64,000 nucleotides of DNA, taken from assembly GCA_051362555.1 (NCBI GenBank), contig CM120644.1:14902534-14966533 (forward strand). Reading direction: 5' to 3'. The notes under the pieces are model-generated. The model was not told the DNA's origin. It saw only the letters and a program-made list of their open reading frames with translations, and made no database searches. Shown here piece by piece: positions 53,719 to 64,000 of the stretch. Position numbers and translations under genes: made by a program. Numbering within the stretch: the stretch's first letter is position 1; the number at the start of each line of letters is the position of its first letter. The DNA is from Lingula anatina. Lineage: Eukaryota; Animalia; Brachiopoda.

Positions 53719-55978
53719 TAAATGATAACAAAGGTTAGTTAAGACCTATCAGTGCCCTCTTTTAGCTTTTTTTGCAGTTGCCCCCCTCCCCCCCCCCCCC
53801 CAAAGTACCGGTATATCTAACCCAAAGTATAAGTAGCGAATCGAGACAAAACCAAACGATTTTCTTCCATCCGCACACTGTACATATTATAATGTAATTG
53901 CGCTACTGTATTTGATTAACATAAGTCATTTTTGCGTCTCCGCCTTTTCCCTAGAAAAAATTTTGATCAAGCTGCCGATATTCCTTGGGAGTGAAAAGCC
54001 TGGACAGGATGTTTGCGTCCCTGTTTTTCCATATCTGAATAAAGGCACGGCTCGTATGAAATAGTACGGTAATCCTTAACCTCAGTTGAAGGTTTTCAAG
54101 ATATTAATTTTATAAATTAAAATTGAACAGGCGTACACGGTTGTGATGGTTTTAATAATTCATAAAATGGTTAAGCAGAGCTAGTTAATACGGTCATATA
54201 CCTACAATTTCCTGATGAATGGAAACCACCAACGATGAAGCTCATTAGCTCTCCCCTTAGCATGTCATCTGGGATATTGTTCTCAATCAGGACGTCAATT
54301 AACATCTCTCGTTTCTCGGTGGTCGGATTCTTCTGCCTATAGTCAATCGCAGCTGCTAATGTATCTTTCATATATTTATTCGCTGTAAAAAGAAAAAAAA
54401 TTCTGGAAGTCGAGCGGGCGTAAAACGGATTATGTACAGTAAAATTACACATTTTCTTAATATAACAATCGAAGTGCTTATGGGAATATCCAATCCTTTA
54501 GCATAAGAAGTACAGGTACATGTAATATTAGTCGAAAATCTTAAAACTGTACACAGTACACATAACAATAACTGAGAAGAAATGAAATAACAATATTATA
54601 TGATTTCTTTAAAGGATGACACTTTCATAATTTCTTTGAACGGCTACACGTGAAAAGAATGAATGAAAAGAATCAAGTCTGAGTGAAATAAAACCTTTTC
54701 CCACCATTGTTAAACTTCCTTTCACGCTCACTCCCAGGCTTTGGAATATCTCCTCCAAGTCTCTCTTCCATATCGTACCAACACTGTAAGAATATTAGAT
54801 CTTTCATTTTCAAGCAAAATAGAACATCGTGCATATGCTAGTCCAATTTATGCGACCTAAGTTTGCGTTTAGAATTATGCATACAGTCTCATGTTAGAAT
54901 CCGCACGCGTCATTTCTTAGACACGATTCCAAATGCCAAAAGCCCGGATTCACAATCAGAGATGATCAGATCCGCAGATCAAATATGAGCGACCCACTTG
55001 AAAGCCTACCGCGTAATTCCCGTGGGAAATCTATACAGCATTTATTAGTTAATGACTCGGCAAGCTTTTAAGTGGGTCGACCATATTTGGTCCGCGGATC
55101 AAATTATTCTGAATGCACTAAAAGAGTCGATTTAAACTTACTACATCATATGCCTTCCAAAATTGTGTGATCTGCTCCTCATCCAAAAAGTAGTCTCCAA
55201 GTGAAGTCTGTGTTATGGCCTTCAACGTGAACAATAAAGCCTCCTGGCGGCAAGGGATATGCTCATCACGTGGTGTTTGAGACCATTTCTCCAACAATTC
55301 CTCGGCAAGCTGTGATAATTGAAATACTCAGATCAAAATATTAATAATAATAAATAAAATAAATCCTAGACAATTATAATTTTTCAAGATTCTTGTCATT
55401 CTTGTCATAGTTAACTATCTGCTGCAGCAAGATATATAATATAGAGATTTAGAGAATAAAAAAGAAGAATTATTCGCAAATTCTCTTTTTAAATGCAATG
55501 AAAAATAATTTAACGTATTTGAAACACTTCTTATTACCTCAAAATGCAATTACATCTATTCTAAAGATCGCCAGTGGCATCGCATTGAATTTAAAAAGCA
55601 CAAACTGACTAATTCAATAGGAATTCAAATCTGTGGGCGTACTGTATTTTAACGTTTCTGACATTTGGAAAGGATCAGATTATATATAATAAATTAAAAT
55701 GAATAACCGTTTGGAATTTTTCTATACATCTCATCACACTTCCATGACTGTAGCTAGGATCGTAAGTGTTCCTCCTCCATTTTCCGTCTTCTTTGTTGGC
55801 ATATGGGATAGCGTGTTCAGTGACCAAGGGCTTGAAGATACTCAACAAAACCTCTGGAAACAGATGTTTGGATCACATTTACGTAAAAGAAAATACATTA
55901 CAAAGTTCAATGTAGTCAGATGAAGAATAACTTATCATGATTATTACTGGTTTTTTGTTTATAATCATAATTATCACC

Positions 55979-56031
<53 letters not shown>

Positions 56032-58084
56032 GCTAAGTGCTGCCATATATTTTTCTTAAAGGAAAAATTAAAAATGTTTCGACTATAGGTAAAACGTAAA
56101 GAAATTAACTCATGCACATACATGTATAATCGATTACAATAGCTAAATTTGATTTGAACAGTAAATGAGCAAAACCAACCAAAACTTCTTTCACCTGGTC
56201 TATCGAACATACGCGAGGTCTCTTTAAACAGTTGAGGAGAGGCAATGCTGACTACAATTTGTTCTCCAAACCAGAACTTTGCTATAGGTCCATACTGCTG
56301 GTGTAGCCACATAAGGAACTCATGGAGACTTCCATGCTTTTTAACCAGATCTAGGTTTCCATGTCTGAAATGAAAATACCAAAGCTTTTTACAAACGACA
56401 ACTTGTGTACATGTGTATGCTTTGTAGCCGAATCTACCGCCATATATAATATATCCAGAATAACCCAGTCTTCGAACGTTTCATTAAGAAAAGATGACTT
56501 TTCTGTTGAAGCGTATATCATACGATGCCTTGAATGAAATCAATAATAAGCACTAAAATACTACTCAAGCTAGCTCTCACCAAATATTATTACGTTCGCA
56601 ATATGATATAACGGATTAATTCGTAAATTCTGAGTTTGCATTCACAAACGCGCCGCATGAAGCCACAAACGGTAATTATCGTTCACGAGGCCTTTTATTG
56701 GGTCCTTAAAGATATCTTTAAGAAACCCCATTGGAAATGCTACCAATAGGATTTTTCCTCCACAAGATCCTACAGGATTCCTGAAGCATCACGCAGGAAT
56801 CTATGGGGGGTTTTAGCAAGGGAAGTAATCTGCACATCCGGATACTTACTTGATGTCCTTGGCCTTCAGTACCGGAATGTCGTTGCCAGATTTTTTGCGG
56901 ACTAAGAACTGAACAGAAACAATAGTAAGGCTGCGTGTCAGATGCAATTTCTACACCCCATGTGATTACCTTTCATCGTAAATAATAATGCAAAAAAAGC
57001 CTCCATTTATTGCTAAATGCATTTCGGTGTTGGCGGAGGGAGAGAGATACCAGTATATCAACTAATTGTCTAATATGTTTCAACGCTGACAATGCTATGT
57101 TAACATTATACATAAAATATGAGATGGAAAGTAAATAAGGTCGTTTTTATGGACCAGCCTGTATGTGCAGCTACAAAAACACCTCTTACCTTCGTTTTAA
57201 TCATTGGCAGTAGCACGAGTAATACAGAGGCTACCACAACGATGCACAGCAGCAAAAGGTACATCTTTTCTATCTTGATAAATCTATGCTTGAAAGCGTG
57301 CTGAGTCACCTTGACAAACAGCTGCAATAAGTAAAGGTGATACAGGTAGTAGTCCACATTACAATGAAAGTTGTGTGTAACCTTCAGCAACAGACATTTA
57401 ATCCTATAAGAAATGTTTAACTAACACGAACACGAACATGTGAACACGTGAAATATGTCAAAGCTACAACAAGATCGTGAATCTTTAACTAAAACTATCA
57501 AGCGTTTTCTTTAAAAGGAAAAATGCAAAAAGAAAAGAGACAACTATGGACGTGATCTCAGGAGGTATCGGTAAGTTTTTTCATAGTATCTCAATTGTCC
57601 AATTTGTGGCAGGAAAATATCTTTTTGCAAGTTTCTGGTCCGTTTAACGACTAATTATTTATTATAGTGACGACAAAGACGTTCTGGAACATTCAAATAT
57701 TTATTTACCAACTCACTCCTCATACAAATTCGCAAGTATTTATACTCTATTTTTCCATACTGTTCACGCCTTTTATTGTTTTTCCTTCGATTGTTTATGG
57801 CGTGATTATCAGAAATTATCCATTTTCATGTTGTATACACGTGACAGAAAATTGCAATCCTACTGCGAAATTAAACAATCAAATAAAATTATGTCTCACT
57901 TTGACCTCTATCATCTTTTCTTTACACTAAAACAGTTTCCACACTTGTTGACTCTTTCAGAAGTTAAACTTACTCTCAATAACTCCGCGTCCTTTTACTT
58001 ATTTGATTCCTCTTTAATTATTACCTGCTATTACTGAAGGCATCAGTCATTAACTTTACAAAATATTGTTTTAAGCAAAAAGAA

Positions 58085-58115
<31 letters not shown>

Positions 58116-61008
58116 AAGGAACTACCTGTTAAGCGAAACGAACATATTTGTAGCCGATATGTCCCCTTAAGTACAACAATATGCACTCGTGTTAGATAAT
58201 TGGAAAAATCAACATGATGACAAAAATGGACACCTTATCGGTATGTGATAAGAAACATCTAAGCAATCTATTTTCTATACAGAAAAGGTAGTCTTCACTG
58301 CTAATTTGGTTCACAAGTATTTACGAAAATCTCATGCACTACATGAAGTTTAAATGTTGTGCAGTATATGAACAGTATTAACAATACACCCTTTCAACAG
58401 TCACTTATGGTTTTTCTACTCACGTTTCTGTTGTCTGTCGCTGAGCTCAATGACATGTAAACGGAGACCGTACTTGAAAGTCACAGAGAAACGATCCAGG
58501 CAACAACATGAAAGGTTTTAAACAATTAATAGCAATTAAACTACATCAGCACGAATAACCTGTCTATCCTATCCAAAGGCTGTACAGCAGTCGGTTATAA
58601 AATGTCTTAATGCATATCCTTCTCTGGCATTTAGTGCGGCTTCATTTTCGGCTTGTGTCTTGGCTTCATCATTCCATACATAAAAGGTTTGATATAAGCT
58701 AAATAGAAGGTGCGTCGAAGCTCAGGTGTGACAGGGATAGTAGTTCTAGTAATGGAAATCTGGGGTCCCATATGGTTATAGTGCAAGTCAGGGCAAGTCG
58801 GAGTATGGAATTTAGTATAGGGGACGAATTTCACCTGTATAAAGTAATGAGGAGCGGACTACGGTTCCTAGAGGACTACCATCCCTGTAACGCCTGTCCT
58901 CTTTTGCCATGAGGTGGAATACAGGCCACCAATTCAATAAAAATATCAGTCGACACCGACCTGCAATTCAGGTTATAGCCCTGTCGACTCTGTGGGTCGT
59001 TACACGGCACTGGCAGCTTAAAGGCTATATGCGTGTGAGGAAAAATGAGAATATTATAATTGTGAATGGAAAAAGATTATTAATGTATAATAAGGCACAA
59101 TGTTTGATTTCCACAAATATAGCTGTTTTAATGAAAAATTATACACCTACGAACTGTGCCAAATTATTCTTCATAGCGGTATGATATATCTGTCATCAAC
59201 CTCCTGAACATTTTGAATGGTTACCAATGTAAATATTATTATAAAACAACCATTTTAAATAGGCAAAAAAAAAAAAAAAAAAAAAAAATGAATGTTCCTT
59301 CGGTATAATGAAAGGTGTCCAGAATGTGGGCTGAAAAAATTACTTCTGAATGCTACCTCGCACCTTCGTCTCAACAGTCGCAATAAGCACAGGGAAAAAA
59401 CGTCGTTATATGAACGAGGGCGCTCAGTCGTTTTTGGCGTGTTTAAGACTTTATATTCTCCATAATATCAATTAAAAGGCTTTTCGTTACATTGAATTTT
59501 ATATCTAATCTATCATCACTAAGGACTTACCCAAGAAAAAAATAACAAAGAAATCTTTAGATGTTTACCACGCTGTAAACTTTATGAAATAGCTTGGTCG
59601 TTTGTGGTCTTCCTTTGTTAAGTCTCTTTTTCTCACTTTCTGTCGGTCAAAACGCGAAGTTGTATCGGCTAAGTTACCTCAACAAACAAAGTAAATGTTG
59701 GCAAGTTTTGTCAATTTCGCCATTTTGTTTATCTCAAAAGCGAGCTTTCCGCACATTTGATTCCTGTTCTATTGCAGCTGTTGTGTTCTATACGCATAGA
59801 CCCCCATTAAAAAGGCCCAAGGACTATGCGTTTACATTAAAGTAACTCTCGCTTCTTCTTGTTCATATTCTGCACTAGTTAACTGCAGACACTTCTGTAT
59901 GCTATGAACAATTTATTTTCATTTATAAGGGATGCCAAACAGTTTATTCTGCTGAGATTTTACACAAGCTGAAAGTGAACATGGTAGTACAAAGTTATTG
60001 GCCAATTAAGTCCGGCTGAGAATCCATCCGCCCCTTGTACTGAGTATCTCCAATCTCCAGTATCCCAACACCTCAACACTTCAGCTACATTGAAACTGGG
60101 CGAAGAATCGCCTCCATAGAGTATTCGTATCGCTTTTAGCCTGTGATATTGCTTTCGGTACATAATATAAGACAATAGAGCCATCAATGGGAACCTCATA
60201 TTTTACGAGAAGCACAGTTAAAACAAAAAAGTAAAGTTTTAGACTAAGCGTTTATTAATGCGTACTCGTGCGCTGCACAATGGTCCACAGACTTAACCGC
60301 CGCTAATTATACACAGAAGTATTTTGTATACCAGAAAATAGGAGATAATAAAACGTCACAGTCTTGCCTTGTGTGGAAGTATGTAAGATAAACCACATGA
60401 CATTATTAGGCACCCGAGACTGTAGTCATAGATAAAACGTCGTATTGAGCACGCTACGGTGACTAAAAGGGTGGTCTTGTTTTAACGGGAGAAAAAGACG
60501 AAAGAGCAGGTATGTCAACCGTTTGTCCTATTAAAATTTTCTGTGATAAAAACATTTCGTTTTAAATTATTAAATGAATAAATCAACAAACGAATAAATA
60601 AATAAATAAATAAATAAATAAACAGAAATAATTACATCATGATTCTTGATAAATATGTGCATGATCAAAGGATGGGCTACAGGATATAACAGACAAGAAA
60701 ATGCGTATTCGAAAAAATAAAAATTAAGAGCTATTACTTAAATCCTGTGTGTTTGTATTTTAATATGTGAATACGTTGGTAACCATTACTTATCAGATCA
60801 AAATAATAACCTACCTAAAATTTGGTTAAAAACAAGAATGCCGATAAACATAAGGGATATTGTTGATAGGCAAGACATAATTAGACAGATATGAAGTGGT
60901 ACGTCAGTAATTTCCGATTATGCTTTCTCCCCCCTTCTCCCCGAAATTTACCAGTGCCACGAAATTAATTCAGCAAAGAACATTTTATTTTAACTTCACA
61001 ACACAAAG

Positions 61009-63729
61009 ATGGCTGGAATAGGACGGACGGAGGTCGCGGTTCTCCTTGTATCTTTACTCTGCCTCCTTCAGTTTGGTAAGTTTATATTTTTGTTGAATTG
61101 TTTTGAATTGTGTTGCCTTAACCTCGTGTCTTAAGAAACTTATTTCATTGAAGTGGTTAAAAAAGCTTTCGTCTTGAACGTAAAGGATATCATAAGCTTG
61201 TGGAGGAATACGTTTACCTACTGGTAAGACATCTGTAGACAGAGATTATTCAGACGAATCCTTTGATACTAAACGTGTTCGTTATTGAAATTTGAGGAGT
61301 GGCACTCGCAATTATATGTAACTTTTTAACAATCCTCACCTACGTGTTAAGGGACGGTATGACATTATAGGTCGATGCCTTATATATTCCAAAATTTTAA
61401 AAAGGCACTAAAATCATAACTTAGAAAGAAAAAACTCATCATTTATACATTAAATCCATTGAGTTCCTTTCAAACAGTCTGAACCTAAACTTAAACACAA
61501 TATATTCTATGATGCCATCTACTTCTATTGCCAATGGAATACAGTGGTACCTCTTGTCTGTTCGTCGCCATTTTGAAAGGTTAATACTGTGCGTCACGCA
61601 TCAGGAACAATGGACCTGTCTACATTAAAATCTGAATCATGATATGCATCAGGGACTTATGCATGCTATTATCAACTTCTTTACGAGGCTGTTAAAGGGG
61701 AGGGTTGTGGGGTGGTTAAGATTAGTCTAGCACACTTACTTGAAATTTATCTACCTGTACACGGCTTAATTATAATTTTTCTTCAATACCTCAGCTCCAA
61801 AAAGATTTTAAGTTAAATGTTAAACGTGTCCCTGTGCATAAATATTTGCAACACTGTATGTTACAACTGGTGAACATGTAAGCAAGATGGACTACACAGT
61901 ATAGTTTAAGGGGGTAAAAGGTATACATAATGCATAGGGGAAATTTGAAAGCGTAGATCCATGGCACAGATGCACACACGTGGAGGCGAGAACGTACACG
62001 AACAGCGACCCAAACGCATGAACTCACAAACCCGAAGCACAAGCACATAACCAATGAAAAAAAAAATCGTCGGCAATGATTTACAGAGAAAATGAAAACC
62101 CAAGCTTGTTTTGAATAGCCTACAATGACCGTACAGTACCGTACAGCGATTAGTGCATTTTGATAATATTTTTCTTTATACCAGCACATGTGCTTGCTTA
62201 TATGTGTCATTACTTTTTACATTTCGATTCAGTACTAGTGCTTTACTTAATGGCTTAGTGAACTATGGACGTGAGACATGTTCCGATACGGCAAGCCACT
62301 GTTCGTCATAAGTTTGTGTTACATCTCCACTCATACCAATAACAAATACTATAGTAGATCATTATTTCAAAATACAAAATCAAACTTCTGTCAAAAATGC
62401 TCAAAAACAAGACGTTCATTAAAACACGTAATTTTACTTCCTTATCCTCTTCATGATACCTATCTCCGCTAATTAGAATTTTAGATCAATGACGGGGGAA
62501 TGGAATTATGCTAAATGTCCTCAACACCATAAAGGTGATACTTATCACCATATACCTCGTCGAGGGGCAATTGTGGTGTTGTTGAATATTATCACTGTAT
62601 ATAATCATCACGCCTTTTAGAGCACTTGTGAACTTAAATGTAGACAGGGTTTCATTTATAAGGTACATGTTGGCATTCACATAGGCCTACAATCACAGGG
62701 AGCGATAGGGCACACAAACAGAAAATTCAAATTGCACTCATGAAAATGCATACTTCAGATAGGAAAAATGCCCGCCATGTATAATATACGTTATCCTGTG
62801 ATCGTGTTATTATTTGTTATCTTATTAAAAACCAGAATAATGTGGTATTTCTCGTTCCATTTTGAAATATTGAAATGTCTAGTTAACTATTTTCAACATT
62901 TACCTTCTCATCTTCTACATTAATTAGTCTTTGAAGTATGTGCGGTTTGTTTTGATGGTGTATAACATAGGTTTTATTATCATTATATTATCAAATATAA
63001 ATCAATACTCAAACTTATATTCAAATTATATTGTGTGTATTATAAAACCACTAGGTCAATTTTATGCCTAAATATGTTACAAAGGTTCTTATTATTCCCA
63101 ATTTAGACCTATAAAATGATTAAAACTCCTTAATTAGAAGAACATGATGTGGAGATTTCCTTCTGCATATTCAGAAAAACGTGGTGGTCTTAATGAGACG
63201 GGGGTCATTTTTAAATCAGAATTATGTAATGAAAATTGATACAGAACATGCGATATAGGGGCGGGTCGAGCTTCACTGTATGATCCGGGAATAGAAATTA
63301 ATTGCATTTTTTTTTGTTCTTGAGGAAAATTAATTTTGGTGCAACAATCTTGAATCGCTTTAAGTACAAAATCCCAAGTTGACATACAATAACCCCTTAT
63401 CTGCTGTAACCGTAGATTCAGTAGATTCATTTGAAACAAAAACAGTAACATGGTAAATCAAATATATTTTTTGAATTCACAAACGGAGCGTTACATATTG
63501 TTTGCTTTCATTATAATAGGTGGCGCACAAGACACACAGCCAGGGCAGCAAGAGGCCGAGAAACAAAGCGAGCCAGTATTCTCTTGTATCACATGCCACT
63601 CGCTCAAGGAAAGGGAGTGTGAGGACACGTTTAATGTGAACATAAGTGACCCAGAGAAATATATAAAATTTGTGAAACCATGTAAAGGACACAACATGTG
63701 CATGAAAATTGTCGGAGAGGACATGCAGG
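61009..63729 (+). CDS. Secreted or GPI-type three-finger (Ly6/uPAR, quiver/sleepless-like) protein; first two coding exons (61009-61075, 63520-63729), continuing beyond the window
   Basis: Exon 1 reads MAGIGRTEVAVLLVSLLCLLQF-G|gtaagt (signal peptide, phase 1). Exon 2 follows a tag acceptor in phase 1 and reads GAQDTQ...VFSCITCHSLKERECEDTF...VKPCKGHNMCMKIVGEDMQG|gtaggt. The CxxC..C..D...C...CxK spacing fits the N-terminal half of an invertebrate three-finger domain. Confidence 0.75.
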
Positions 63730-63835
63730 GTAGGTATATCATGTAATATACACCGTGTTACTAAATTAACAAATGTTATTGGCAGTAGTAAACAATTGTT
63801 TCCAGCAAAAATCGCCTGCACGGTTATGTGTATCA

Positions 63836-63873
<38 letters not shown>

Positions 63874-64000
63874 TAAAGTGCATGTGTGTGAGCGTGCGTG
63901 CGTGTGCTGGAAAGTGTACAATAGAGAGACCCAGATTTCTTAGTCATCTTTACATTTGGGGTGAAAATATTTTATAAGCAAATTCACACGTCACAGGCGT

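Larger units (their letters stand above)
46684..57264 (-). pseudogene. CYP20A1: CYP20-family cytochrome P450, copy D; 12 exons with a 1-bp frameshift in exon 11 at the heme motif (recent pseudogene, null allele or assembly error)
   Basis: Exons: 57264-57190, 56908-56850, 56364-56195, 55853-55708, 55309-55142, 54783-54705, 54382-54206, 53419-53296, 52933-52819, 52230-52166, 47180-47025, 46797-46684. Exon 11 is 156 nt versus 157 nt in A, B and C. It reads GGC AAG AGG TA TGT CCT GGG, giving FGFAGKRYVLGTVSLTQK* with the stop at 47062-47060. All other exons have the expected lengths and splice sites. Confidence 0.85.

Noticed and set aside
63477-63947. Longest ORF in the track (156 aa, minus strand)
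   Set aside because: It runs through (GA)n and (GT)n microsatellites and lies antisense to the well-formed three-finger exon.
1-64000. tRNA, rRNA or other structured RNA genes; prokaryotic operons or defence systems
   Set aside because: None recognised by eye. The spliceosomal introns and repeat content show eukaryotic nuclear DNA. A tRNAscan or Infernal run would be needed to exclude small RNAs formally.

Overview
AT-rich, intron-containing animal genomic DNA, probably from an invertebrate; the species cannot be identified from sequence alone. The window is dominated by a minus-strand tandem array of CYP20-family (CYP20A1-like) cytochrome P450 genes, which I assembled by hand from GT-AG splice sites and exon phases. 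The array comprises the first two exons of a copy running off the left edge (copy 0), three intact 12-exon copies (A 2076-7750, 481 aa; B 21251-27253, 483 aa; C 31754-42353, 482 aa), a fourth 12-exon copy with a 1-bp frameshift just before the heme-ligand Cys (D 46684-57264), and decayed CYP20 relics near 19.8 kb and 29.8 kb. The paralogs differ in their I-helix and heme motifs and show mosaic, gene-conversion-like relationships. At the right end a plus-strand, signal-peptide-bearing three-finger (Ly6/uPAR, quiver-like) gene begins, oriented divergently from the array. Intergenic DNA and introns hold many nested transposons: an 8.3-kb long-TIR element with a spliced transposase relic, an EnSpm-like satellite-filled element, Harbinger, Kolobok, Tc1 and Helentron derivatives, and LINEs. 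One TA-target DNA transposon carries a decayed OTU-protease-like domain and a PHD finger. Most ORF-track entries are spurious or single exons. Family assignments come from motif recognition only; no database search was run.
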